From the NCBI GenBank assembly GCA_028534125.1, contig CM052817.1:3846001-3910000 (forward strand): 64,000 nt of DNA, read 5' to 3'. Below are positions 25,091 through 37,262 of the stretch, in pieces. The notes beneath the pieces are model-generated. The model was not told the origin of the DNA. It saw nothing but the letters and a program-made list of their open reading frames with translations, and made no database searches. The stretch comes from Lama glama. Its lineage: Eukaryota. The stretch's first letter is position 1, and each line of letters starts with the position of its first letter. The position numbers were made by a program, and so were the translations under genes.

Positions 25091-27108
25091 GAGGGATGTC
25101 GGCTACCAACAACAGCACCTGAAACGCTAGGAAGAAGCAGGCCCAGGGGGTGACACACCCACAGTCACGCTGCTAACTCCAGGCTCCATCCACCACCCAC
25201 ACATGCGTCATCACCTGCACCTGGAGACCCACCACTCTTGGGGAGCAAGCCAGGCTGAGCGATGGGCTCCCAGGACAGTTGGGGTGTTGGGGTGCTCCAT
25301 CCTGGGCTGGGCCTGGCCTGGGGCCTCTGCTATCAGCACTACATGCAGCTCTTGGAAATGGGCCCATATTGGTCTGTATTGGCCGCAGCTGCTCTGGCCC
25401 AGACTGGGTAGGGAGCAGAGGAGGGTTGTGGACCTGGCAGGGAGCCCAGGACGGGGGAGCCAGGGGTCTGTGCAGCAGAGACAAATAATCACGTCCACAG
25501 TCACCCTCCTTTGGGACAGAGTTAAATTCTGGTTACGAGCTTGGTTGTAGATTTTCAAGCCCCTTCTGGAATGAAGATCACTTCTGGCGGGCTTGGGACA
25601 AGCTTCTGCAGAGTGTGTGATATGGTTCAAAGAATGAAGATAGACCTGCCTCTACCACTTACCATTTGTGTGACCTTGGACAAATAATGCCCTCAGTTTC
25701 ATCTGTAAAATGGGCATAATGCCTGTTCTTCCTTGTGGCCATGTCAAATAAGAAGGAGCATGTAAAGCCCTTTCTTCCGGAAAATCCTCTTCCCAGCAAG
25801 GACAGCAGACCAGTGCATCTTTAGGCACCCTGACTGGGCTGGGGTCCCCTTCCTTGCCCTGTGACCCTGCCTTGCAGCCGTCAGGCATCCTGATTAGAGA
25901 GATTTAGTAGGAGGGCAGATGATCCTCAGAATTCTGCATGGCCGGGAGGGCTCTGGTATTCACCCGACTTGGATTCAGTGCCCAGGGGAACGGAGCTTTG
26001 TATGGCCCACCCCGCTGGAGCAGACCCGCATGGGGGTCGGTGCTAAACAGGTGGCCTGAAGTGTCAGCGCTAAATTAAACTAGGTCCCGACTCCACTCTG
26101 TGACTGGGCAAGCTGCTTAATCTCCCTGAGCCTGATTCCTTTTTTGGGAAACAGCATAACTCATCACTCTGGAAGAGGCTACTCCATGTCCATGTTGAGC
26201 TCAACACAGGAAAAGTATTTCCCGCTGTCTCTGAAGAGGTAGGCCCTTCTCATCCTGCTCTGGGGCCCAGCGTCATCTAGGACAAGAGCTCAAGGCCATG
26301 GGAGGGGTCCCCAGATGGCAGGAGGATAGGCGCTGCCTGGGGAGGATGCCTCAAACACGTGAGCTATGAAGACAGGACTCAGGGGAGCACAACTTGTGCC
26401 AACAGGCTCCTTCTGTCCTGTGGAGGGGCCTTCTAGGAGGAAGGGCAGGGGTCATGAGGACAAGGATATCTGACAAGCTCAGGGTGACGAAAGGAGAAGC
26501 TGGAAGTCTCTGATGGGCCCAGGATCCTCTCTGAGAGGGACCAAGGGCGGGGATAATGACCCTGAAAGCCCTGAACCTTGGACTCTGCCCGTATCCTGCT
26601 GTGTCCCTTTAGAAAAAGAAGGGTGGGTGTCATTGGTCCCCAGGGAAGGAGTGGGCAGTGGCCAGGTAGGGAGGAAAGGAAGGGGGCCCAGCTCCATGCC
26701 AGCGGGAGGAAAGGGAGATGGGAAGGGCCAGCTGGGTCCTGAAAAGTGCTCTGGGCTTAACAGTCTTCAGTTTCCTGTGTGTCCCCGACAGCCTCCCACA
26801 GGCCCCCAGCTTTGGTGCCATGAAACAGCCTGTCAGTTTCAGGACAGGGGCTCCCAACCAGGGCTCTACACACAGACACTAGAATCCCCTCCCCTGACAG
26901 CCAGTTGAGATGGGCTACTCCCTCCAGAGTTGGGAGAGAGGAAAGAGTGGCCGTGCTCTCAGGATGCAGGCCTCACTGTGCATCAGGAAGCTCCCTGGAC
27001 GTGGGGTGACTGGCCACCCCAGACACTCTAAAGACACTGGGCACACTCTGGGGAGAAATGATTACAGCAGGGACCTCAGAGAGGAAAAGAATTCTCACCT
27101 AAGACGAA

Positions 27109-27448
27109 TGTGTTGGTCAGTGTTTATGTGTCAACTCGGCCAGGCTCCTGTCCTCATTTACTCAGTCAAACATGCTGGTGGGTGCCGCTGTGAACGCTTC
27201 TGTTGATGTGGTGTGCAGCAACAATCAGTGGACTCAAGTAAAGAGATCAGCTCCATCATGTGGGTGGGCATTGTCTAATCAGTTGAAGAGCAAAACTGAG
27301 GTTTCCCTGAGAAGGAAGAAATTCCGCCCGTGGATGGAAGCTCCTGCCTGAGTCTGCAGCTTGCAGACTGTCCCAGCCAGACCCTATAATCACATCATCC
27401 AATTCCTTGAAATGCGTCTCCATTTCTCTGCGGACCCTGGCTGACACA
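27109..27448 (+). mobile_element. MLT2 (ERVL) LTR
   Basis: TG...tttatgtgtcaactcggc...tgtgggtgggc...aatcagttgaag...ccctggctgacaCA. Confidence 0.8.
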
Positions 27449-27684
27449 GGAGGAAACAGAGGTCCTGTCCCAGGTTCATCTCCCCTTTCTTCTTTCTGTT
27501 CATTCCTTAAGTGCTGACCTGGGGCCCATGATGCAGCAGACACAGTGCTAGACCCTGGGTATGTGATGGTGACTACAGCAGACACCTTCCAGACCGACGG
27601 GAAAGACTGATGGTGAAAAGATGCAGATACGGTGTAAGTGATGATTCCTGTGTCCTCAGTGCGCTGTGACTCAAGGAGTTGGCT

Positions 27685-27809
27685 CATGAAGTCACGTTGG
27701 CTTGAAATTGGCTTTGGTGGGAGTATTTGCACCGTGGACATTGTCAAATGCTGCAAATTAGGGCTCTCCCCACCCCACCCTCTACCCCCTGCTCACCAGC
27801 ACACCACTG
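27685..27809 (+). mobile_element. MER63-like hAT-Blackjack fragment
   Basis: gtcacgttggcttgaaattggc...ggtgggagtattt...ccagcacaccactg terminus. Confidence 0.65.
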
Positions 27810-29799
27810 GCTGTAAGAATATAACAAGGGACCAACTAAATTAGGGGGTTGGGGGACTCAAGAAAGGCTTCTCTGAGTGAATGACTTTTGAGTGAGGTCC
27901 AAAGACTAATCAGGACTAAACTGAACGGAGAGTGAAGGGAAGAGCAGCTAGGCAGAGGGAACAGCACGTGGGGAGTCCCTGAGGAGAGAAACAGCCTCAT
28001 TGTTTCATCACCATCTCACTCACCCGGGTTTCGCACCAGGGGCTCCTGGCAGGGTCGTCACCATGCCTCGTGTCCTTATCTGCAGACTGGGGGTTAGTGG
28101 CAGGAGCTGAGGGAGGAAAGGTTGGCCTTGGAAGTCAAGGTCAGGAGCACAGATTCTTCTCCAAGTTCAGTGGGAAGTCACAGGGCAGGAACATGATCTG
28201 ATTAACATTTTTAAAGCACCACTGAGGCTGCCAGGAGGGGTGTAGAATCAGAGAGAGCATCCCAGGTGGGAGGGGATAGCCGCCCGGTCAGACGGACAAT
28301 GTGGAGGAGAGCGAAAGTGGGCTGATTAGAGGTTTATTCAGAGGCACTGCTCATGGGGCTTACAGACGAGACAGAGGGGTGGAGGATGACACCCATGTTC
28401 TGGCCTAAGAAACTAGGGGTGGTGGTACATTGACAGAGATGGGGAGGTAGTTGGGGAGAGGTGTTAGGAGGTAGGTATCAAGAGTTCTGAATGGGGTGTG
28501 AAAAGCTGAAGGCATTTCTGCTTGGGACAGACAAAGGGTTAAGCCACCAGTCAGCCAGACAGCCTTGGACTACTGGCCACTGGCTTGGGGTCAGGAACAA
28601 CTAACTTATCTCTTTGCTCTGTCCTCCTGAGCCCAGGCCTCTAAGCTAGAGGTCACCTCAGGGTCCAAAATAACTGTTGGAGCTCCAACCATCATGTCTT
28701 CATCCCAGGTGTAAAGCAGGAGGAAGGGAAGATGGGCACAGTAAGCTTTCGTCAGCTCTCTGTTCCCTTCTTTAATGAGATTTCTGCAAACCCCCCCACT
28801 TTACCAACTTCTCCTGTGGCTCACTGCACAGAACAAGGTCACACACCACACCTGGCTGCAAAGGAGGCTGGGAAACGTAGTCCTTGGTGAGACATTTAAA
28901 TCGGGGTTTTACTGGAAAGGAAGAAGGGAGGACTAGACAGCAGGGAGGCAGCAATCTGGGCTACTGTCTTTCTTCCATGGCTCTCCCACTCCCTGGCTTA
29001 ATAATCTCCCGTGCCCCTGGTGTGGACACGTAAAATTCAGACTTCTTGCTGGGACCTGCACGGCCCTCACCCTCTGGCCTCTACTGCTGTGTCCAACCTC
29101 TCCCCAGACCCCTTCTTCCCTTGTCACAGACCTGACTCTCTTTCCAAGGTGAAAGTCACGTTGTGATCACCCCGTGTATCCTCAGTACCCTGACCAGGGC
29201 CTGGAATCAGGCCAAGGTCAAGGTGTACGGAAGGAATAGGATTGTGGTGCTTTCCAGGGATGCACACGATCCCGGGATTACCTTGTCATGCAGTTGTCAC
29301 CACTGTCCCTGTGAGGTGGAAGCAGGGAGAGGGTTCTGAGACACCAGGGTAGATGGTGCTGAGCCTTGACCCCACGACAGAGCATGGTCCCAGTGAGACG
29401 GAGGTGAGTATGGCCCAGCTGCAGATACTGCACTACAGAAAGCAAAGCAGGGTTGTAAAGGTTGACATGGCCAAGGTGGCTGCAGGGCAGGGAGGCCTGT
29501 CTTGGGCAGAGAGCCTTCCAGAGCCCACAGGAGCCTCTCTAAGCTGCCATCGGTCCCTCATCCGGGTTTACGGTGAGGGTGGTGAGGTCCAGAGCTGGGG
29601 ACAAGCGACTGGGTGGGTCCCGTGCGCAGATTTCCAAGTGAGTATTCAGTTCTACAGATGGAGAAACTGAGGTTTAGAAAGGTTAAACAAGCAGGTGCAG
29701 TTACTATTATTTCATTTTTCTTATACTTCATCTCACATTATATTTTTTCTTAATTAAAAAAATTTAAAACCTCATCTCATATTATCTTATCACAGACTT

Positions 29800-29910
29800 T
29801 TCTTCCCTTCCTCCCTGCCGGCCTCCCCCCCTCCCTTCCGGCCTCCCTCCCTCCCTTCCCTCTTTCTTCTTTCCTACCTTTCTCCCTCCCTCCTTCCCTC
29901 TCTCTTCTTT
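29800..29910. repeat. Polypyrimidine (CCT/CCTT) low-complexity tract
   Basis: About 110 bp almost entirely C/T on the + strand, adjoining an antisense old L1 fragment (29910-30140). Confidence 0.85.
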
Positions 29911-30526
29911 TAGGGACAGTTTCATGCAACAAAATGCACAGAGCTTAAGTATTCGATGAGTTTCTCGAAATGTAGACACTCTGTAACCACCGATCCAATC
30001 AGGGTAAAGCGCATTTCCGGCACCTGAACCCACTGCCCTCACATCCCTTTCTAATCGAGTCCCCTCGCCCTCCCAAAGCATCCCCGTGAGTTGGTTTTTG
30101 CCCGTTTCTGAACTTCATACACATGGATTCAGGCTGACTCTTTTTTTGTTTACTTGAGAATGGCGAGGGGAACAGGGGTGCGGGTGCCGAAGGGTTGCGG
30201 TCGGGGACTCTCAGCTACGTGCCCACATCTCATCCCCTCCTTCCCCTGCCAGCCCTGCTCCCTGCCTCTGCACAGCACACTGACCCACTTTCTCTGCGGG
30301 ACACGCTTCCTGACCTGCCGGCTGCTGCGAGCTCCCCTTGCGCAGAACGTCCCTTCAGTGCCCTGGGCACAGCGGTGGTGAAATCGCTGGTTGCGTTATT
30401 TTTCCCTCAACACCTGCATCCCCGCTATGAGGTCAGGGTGTTCTGGCCACCTCACATTCCCAGGTGTAGCTTGCCCTGGGCTCACATGTGCTCAGTAAAG
30501 ATTTGTTGAACAGTTGATTGCAGGAG

Positions 30527-30553
30527 AGTGTGTGTGTGTGTGTGTGTGTGCGT
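30527..30553. repeat. (GT)n microsatellite
   Basis: Direct observation. Confidence 0.95.
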
Positions 30554-31700
30554 GTCTGAGGGAGAGAGGAAGTGGGTTTATGGGCCGAGGACCACAGAGG
30601 GGCACAGGGACGGTCCTGCCTGGAGAGGCCACGGGATAGCACCCCAAGGAGGGCTTATTGGGCCTGGCACTGACCCATGTTTGCTCCCTTGAAATGCTTC
30701 CCAGCATCCCTGAGAAAGTTACCTCCATCACTTCATTTTATAGACGAGGTATGAGGCCTAGAGAGGTTCTACCGCTTAACACCAGGCTGGCTTCCTTTGT
30801 TTTGGCTGAAGCAGCCACGAGCCCACTTGTGGTCAACAGGCAGCCCCATGGACCCCACCTCTCAGTGCAAGAAGTATCAAGGAATTTCAGGGCTGTGTTT
30901 TAAAACCACCATTACCATTATTCATATTTAGATTGATGAAAAAATATCTAAGATTGTATTGACTCCTTACTCAGAAGCAAGCACTGTGCTAAATCTATGT
31001 AGACAGGTGATATGACAAAAAAATGTACTTTGTTAGATAGTTAAAATAAATAAATGTAACTGGAGTCTAATCTGTAAACATACTAAATACCATGCTGCAC
31101 ACCTTAAACTAATATAACACTGTAAATCAACTATCCTCCAACAAAAAATAAACAAATAAATGCAAAAGTAAAACTATGCAGATACAAGTCACAGGGGCTG
31201 TGCTTCCTCCCCTGGACACGCTGGTTGCTGGTCGTGGGGAAGTGGCGATGGGTCAGGGGGCACTGTGGCCCCCCCACCAGCCGGTGCCCCAGGCAGCCGC
31301 CCAGCCCCGCCCTGCAGGCCTCCCCCAATGTCACTCAGGCGTTTCAGCTTCTCCATTTCAGACGGGCTGCCCAGCTCTTTGTGAATCAGAGCCCTGAACA
31401 CCCCTCCTGCACCTCCTGGCCCCTTTCCTTGCTGACTGCCAGGCTGGGCTCCAGGCACAGCTCGGAAAGCTTCTGAAGGCTCCAGGCGTATTTCTGCAGC
31501 AGGAAAATGGATCAGCTGTCCAAGCTCGAGCCTGAGTCCACCCTCAAGGCCTGGAGGTAGGAGGGGAGGACTGTGTGGTAAGCAGTCGGGCCTGCACACT
31601 GACACTTGGTAGCCACCGGGCTGGGGGACAGGACAGAGCTGCCTTTGTCCTTGGCCTGCCAGGGGATGCCTCCCCTCGGAAGCTGGCAACACCGCGTGGG

Positions 31701-32156
31701 TGTAATCGAGCAGGACACTACGGGGCCTCCCCAGGACGACCCCTCCTCCATATCCTCTGCTTTAGCTCCTCTCTGAGGTACCCCGATAAAGTACCTGATG
31801 CACATTTCCTGAGTATTTCCAGGGGATGGAAGAAATCAACTCCCCAATGATCATGAGCACGTAGCCCCCAGACTTTCTGGTGCTTAAGTACTGATAACAT
31901 TAACCACCCTATCACCTCGCCATCAACCAACCAGAGAATTGTTTGCATCTGACCACAAGCCCTGGGGCGCCCCTCCCTCACCCGGCCTTTAGAAATGCTT
32001 TGCTGAAACCCTTTAGGGAGTTGGGGGGTATTTGAGCACAAGCCCCCTGTTCTCCTTGCTTGACCTTTCAGTAAACCTTTCTCTGCTCCAAATTCGGACC
32101 TTTCAGTCTGTTTGGTCTCACTGTGCGTCGGGCACATGAACTTGCGTCTGGTAACA
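31701..32156 (+). mobile_element. ERV1-type solo LTR
   Basis: TGTAA...TAACA termini, AGTAAA polyA-like signal before cctttctctgctccaaa, and a 4-bp TSD-like tggg/tgga. Confidence 0.85.
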
Positions 32157-32812
32157 TGGAGGGGACAGTAGGGTAATAAGAACCACGTGTAGGTTGCTTA
32201 GCTGACTAACTTAATAGGGCTGCAGACATATCAGTAACAAGGAGTCACTGCCATCCGAACACGTCCAGGGAAGGACCTTTGCCACTTTTAATTGAAAGAT
32301 GAAGCCAGATTCTTCTTCTTGGAAAAGGCGTGTCTGATAGTCTGATGGGTAGACGTGAGGACCGGCTTTGCCATCTGGTTACGTGGTGGATATTCTCCCT
32401 AAATTGAATGAACTAAATCTGTAGCTCTGAGATTTTGATGAGAATATACATGAAGCACACAACAAGAGCATTTAATGATTATTTGGGGAAAGCTATGCTG
32501 AACTTAACACCATCAAACTTTCTCCAATTATCTCTGAATTTAAACAAGTTGACTTTAATGAGAGAGTAACAGGTATGATCACCAGCTCCTGGATGACTGT
32601 CTGTCCACTCTTTTTGGTGCACTTCCCCAGGAACTGAGACAGTGAGGGACTCTACAACTAGGTGACAAATCGCTGTACAAACCAGGTGGCTTCCAACAAA
32701 TTGAGGAGAGTCTAATCAAACGATCAGTAAAAGTAATTTAGATAATGAGTCATAATTGTGCAATTTTGGGGAGGCCACGTATCTTTGAAAGAGTTCAAAA
32801 AATTAACTGACA

Positions 32813-33419
32813 CAAACGGACTTATTTACAAAACAAACTGGGTGGGGAGGGTATAGCTCAAGTGGTAGAGTGCACGCTTAGCATACACAAGGTCCTGGGT
32901 TCGATCCCCAGTACGTCCCCACTAAAAATATATATAAATAAATAAGTAAAACTAATTACTTCCCCCCAAATTAAAAAATATATATATACATAAATAAAAA
33001 ATAAAACAGAAACTGACTCAGAAATAGAAAAACAAACTTGTGGTTACCGGGGGGAGAGGGGAGGTGGAGAAATAAATTGGGAGTTTGAGATTTGCAGATA
33101 CTAACTACTGTATATAAAATAGACAAACAGCAAGGTCCTACTGTACAGCACAGGGACCTATATTTAATACCTTGTAATAGCCTATAATAAAAAAGAAAAT
33201 GAAAAGGAATATATATATGTATATGTGTGTGTATGTATAATTGAATCACTATGCTTTATACCAGGAATTAACACAACATTGTAAACCAACTATACTTCAA
33301 TTAAAGAAACAAAACCCAGACTTAAAATAGCAGGACACTGGAAAGCTGAAAATAATAGTTATTTCAATAAATAAAATGAATAGTTTTACAGGAAAAAGGC
33401 GAGGAAAAAAAAAACCCCA
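32813..33419 (+). mobile_element. 5'-truncated L1 3'UTR with extra 3' sequence and TSD
   Basis: L1 tail to ~33310. TSD aaaaattaactgaca (32798-32812) / aagaattaagtgaca (33420-33434). Confidence 0.85.
32841..33003 (+). mobile_element. tRNA-Ala-derived SINE nested in L1
   Basis: ggggagggtatagctcaagtggtagag...ggttcgatcccc, an A-rich tail, and duplication aaaacaaactg / aaaacagaaactg. Confidence 0.9.
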
Positions 33420-35726
33420 AAGAATTAAGTGACATTTCTATAACAAAATTTCTTCCCTTCCATAGACATATTTATATGGATGAATTATTTCCATGCTTAT
33501 TATCTATAAATACGAAAAAGAGGAATAAAACTACCTTAAACCATGTCTCGTTATCTATAAGCAATACACATCTGTAGACGCCATGAGCCAGTTCAGCGAG
33601 CTCTATTGGTGGTATTAACAAATTTCAAGTGAATTTTTACTTTTATGTTCAATAACTATGTATTGAAATGTATAACAGAAGACATTTTTTACCAAGTATT
33701 TTGGTAATGATAACTTAACCCACAAGTAAGTTTTTTAAGCTCATAGAGCCTTGGAGTCAAAGGATATTAATTTCAATTTATGTAAGGATTTTTGTTAGAG
33801 AAAATAATGATTGCACAACAGTAAAATACCTTAAGCACAAAAGTATATTTTATTAAATTAGGACAAAATTCTGAGGGGAGAAGAAAGGAAATATAAAGCC
33901 ACAGAAGCAAAGAAACAAACTAAGTTTGATTGTCAAAGAGCTTGCTCACAAATTTGTAAGTGGATGATAGTGGGTATCAAATTGCTATGGAATTTAGATT
34001 CCATTGATTCTAATTAAAAGAGTGATGTAAACATTATATTTCAAAATGTCAGTATTGTCAACACTTGGGAAGTTGCAGCTATGTGAATTTAAGATGAAAA
34101 CCCGAGAGGGTCAACTTAAAAATACACGAGGGAGTACGTCAGGGGTTCCTCCCCCAAATTTTTAAGGCTTATGTGAGCAAAAAAGTTTTGAGGTCATGAC
34201 TTGAAGGATAGCTCTTTAAAAGGAGACCGGAGGAGGATGAGCTCATTTTCCTGAAGTCCCTTCATATAAGACTGTGACATGTGCTTCCTGCTCCTTGGTT
34301 TTACGGCACCGGATGATGCTTGCCATGGTGAGTGTCAGCCGAGAACACGTCTGCTAAGCACAGAGCGGGGCTGCAGTCAGCCTGCTCTGGACAGGCCCGG
34401 CACTCGGGCAGCGCTGCTGGGCCACAGGCTGGCCGTTGGCCTTTGGACGGGCAGGCTGGCTCGCCAGCAGGGCGAAAGGGTTGCAGCCAGGCCACGTGCT
34501 GCCCATGAGATGGGTGGAGCTCCTGGAGGCCCCCCTCCTCTCCCAGGCAGTTCTGAAGCCTGGTCCCAACTCTTGCTGCGATGGGGGAGAGAGCCGTTGA
34601 TTTTTCCTAAAGGGCAAGTGGGCAGACGTTGGGAAGGTCACCAGTAAAGGACATACACACCCTGAAAATCCATCCCTGCAAAGCACCGACAGCCACAGTC
34701 TTGCCCTGTGCCAGGCCCTGACCTGAATGCCTTCTGTATCTAATCCTCAGGTAGCCTGTGAGTCAGGAGGGACTAGGGACCCAGGCAGTCTGACTCCAAG
34801 CCACGTCGAGCACAAGGCACCCGTGTGCACACAGCCACATTCTATACTCCGAAGGGCCCACCTGATGCTCGGCTCTTCTACATACCACTGTGATCTTGAG
34901 CGAGGCCTGAAACCTCTCCCATCCTCAGTTTTCTCATCAGCAAAATAGCCCAGGCAGTGGCCCCTGTTCTGCCTGGCGGGGCCTCTGCCATATAAGAAAA
35001 GTTCGTGCCTAAACTTAGACGGCGGAGATCTCCGTTTTGAAGCGTCAGGTAAGACAGCGTAGGAGGACAAGCCGCCCGGGTTTTTGTGGCTTTCCCGGTG
35101 GCCCTGCCTGGAGGGCTGCCGGGCACTTCCCACGCCTTGGGCCTCCCCGCTGCCTCCTGGGCCTGAGCAACCTTTCCTCCCAAACGCCAAATACCAGAGC
35201 GGCCACCTGAGGGCTGGCAGCTATTGGGACAATTCCCAGGTGGCCTCTTTTGGAAACTTATGGCGAGTGGGCAGGAACCGTGTTCCTGCAACCTGGAGGG
35301 TGGGGCCTGCCCTGGAGAAGTGGGGATGCAGTGGGGGCGGTGGAATCTGAGTCCAGAGACCTGCGTCTCGCCCTGCAAAACCACTTACTGTGTCATCTCG
35401 GGCAGGTGGCTTAACCTTTCTGAGCTTCATTCCTTCACTCAGCTGTGCGCGAGGCCCTGGGGACTCAGGGGTGAGTCAACAGGCCCTTCCCTACAGGCGC
35501 TCCCAGTTTCATGGGAGAGGCAGCCAAGCAAACAGTGGCAGGCAGTGGGATCCTTCTGGGGCTGAGAGGCAGCGTGCCTGGGTATCAGGAGGACTTCCTG
35601 GAGGAGGTGAGTTCTGGGTGCCATGCTCCTCTTCTGTTAATTGAGAGGGCAACAATACCTAACATTTTAAAATTTCAGAGTATAATTTTATTTTAAACCA
35701 TCTTAACAAAAGTATTACATGCTCCC

Positions 35727-35886
35727 GGGGGAGGGTATAGCTCAGTGGTAGAGTGCCTGCCTAGTATGCATGAGGTCCTGGGTTCAACCCCCGGTATCTC
35801 CATCAAAAAAAAAATATATAAGCCTAATTACCTACACTCTAACAAAATTTTTAAAAATATAAATAAAAAATTTAAAAGTAAAAAAG
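35727..35886 (+). mobile_element. tRNA-Ala-derived SINE
   Basis: tRNA-like head with A/B boxes, aattacc linker and A tail. Degenerate TSD aaaagtattacatgctcc / aaaattaatgcatgttcc. Confidence 0.9.
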
Positions 35887-36799
35887 AAAATTAATGCATG
35901 TTCCTGACGAAAATTTTCAAGAGAACAGAAAGATATTAGGTGAAAAGTCTTCTTCCCTGCTTATCCCTGGAAAGAACTAAGCAGTGTCCCTGGTTTCTTG
36001 TGTAGCCTTCCAGAATTTTCTATGTGTGTGGAAACCGACTTGGGCAAAACATGACAAGCCCAAAGAAACAATAAGAATAGCTTCCACTTGTTGAGTGTTC
36101 CCTAGGTGCCAGACCCACCGATGGTGCTTGCTCTTTTCGCTTAATATCTCTCGGACATGTTTCTTTGTCCATAATCAGCTTTTGCAAGGTCTGGTGTGTC
36201 CCCGGGGTGGGGCAAGTGACTTGACATTTCCCAATGCTTTTATCAGAAGTGCCTGGCTCCCGGTGAAACTTCCTTGTGGTTGAGTTACTGTTGCCTCCGT
36301 TTTCAGGTGGGGAGACTGAGGCTCAGAAAAGCACAGCGAGGTTTTGAGTCCGTGCAGCGACCAGAGGCAGTTCTGCGCCCTCATCAACCACGTGAGGCTC
36401 TGGGGCCAGAGGGAGGCCACACTGTCCTCCAGCCCCGGTTTCTGGAAGAGAGCAAGATTCAGCAGAACCCAGGCCGGCAGGAGGCAAGTGTCGAAAGCCC
36501 TGGCTCAGCTGGGAAGTGCAGGCCAGAGGGCAAGGCCGCCCTCCAACCCCCCCCCCCCCGGGCTCTGGGATCAACTGCACCTACCAGGCTCTCAGGATTC
36601 AGGCTGGTGACCCTCCCTCCTGCCCGCCCAGGTGCCCACACAGGGTGAGGCTCCGTCCCCAAATGGGTCACAGTGATGCGTGCAATTCTTGAACAAGGGC
36701 TCTGCAGTGTGGGGCAGTCATTGCGCCTGCTTTGACTGTCACTGGCTGGAGACCCTGAGCCTGGGCAAGTCATTGGCCTTTCTTCTTTCTTTTTTTCCC

Positions 36800-37262
36800 T
36801 TTGTTTTTAAAAACGGAGGTGAAATTCATGTAACACAAAATTAACTACAGTGTCCTTATTTAGTGGCATTTAGTACATGCACAATCTGCAACTGCCCCCT
36901 CCAATTGGTTCCAAAACATTTTCGTCACCACCACGGGAGACTTGTACCCATGAAGCGGTCACTCCCCCTTCCCCTCTCCCCCAGCCCCTGGCGGCCACCT
37001 ATCTGTGTTCTGTGTCTAAGGATTTGCCTTTCCTGGGCATTTCATAAAAATGGAATCACAAAGGACGTGGTCTTTGGTGACTGGCTTTTTTCACTGAGCA
37101 TCCTGTCTTCCAAGTTTATCCGTGTTGTCCCGTGTGTCAGAGCTGCGTTCCTTGTACTGACTGAGTAACATTCCAGTGTATGAACAGACCACATTCTGTT
37201 TATCGGACATCAGGGCTGTTTCCACCTGCTGACTTTTGTGAGTAGTGCTGCTCGGATACTTG
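36800..37262 (-). mobile_element. L1MB-type 3' fragment inserted in a MIR
   Basis: gtggcatttagtacat...cccagcccctggcggccacc...aatggaatcac...tggctttttcactgagcat. MIR halves lie on both sides. Confidence 0.85.

Larger units (their letters stand above)
32200..34198 (+). mobile_element. Decayed hAT-Charlie transposon (transposase C-terminal half and 3' end), interrupted by L1 and a SINE
   Basis: Translates to YVVDILPKLNELNL*L (32380-32427), FW...KEFK (32764-32799) and ELSDISITKFLPF (from 33422), matching Charlie motifs YLxDIFxKLNELNLxLQG and ELSxxAxxxLLPFxSTYLCE. It ends gagcaaaaaagttttgag. Confidence 0.75.

Noticed and set aside
32845..32920. tRNA-Ala(AGC)-like sequences here and at six other sites
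   Set aside because: Each is diverged and followed by an A-rich tail, mostly with a TSD, so they are SINE heads rather than tRNA genes.
34988..35056. CArG-like CCATATAAGA, 12-bp palindrome cggagatctccg (35023-35034) and donor-like aggtaaga
   Set aside because: Each is expected by chance in 64 kb, and there is no other evidence of a promoter or exon.
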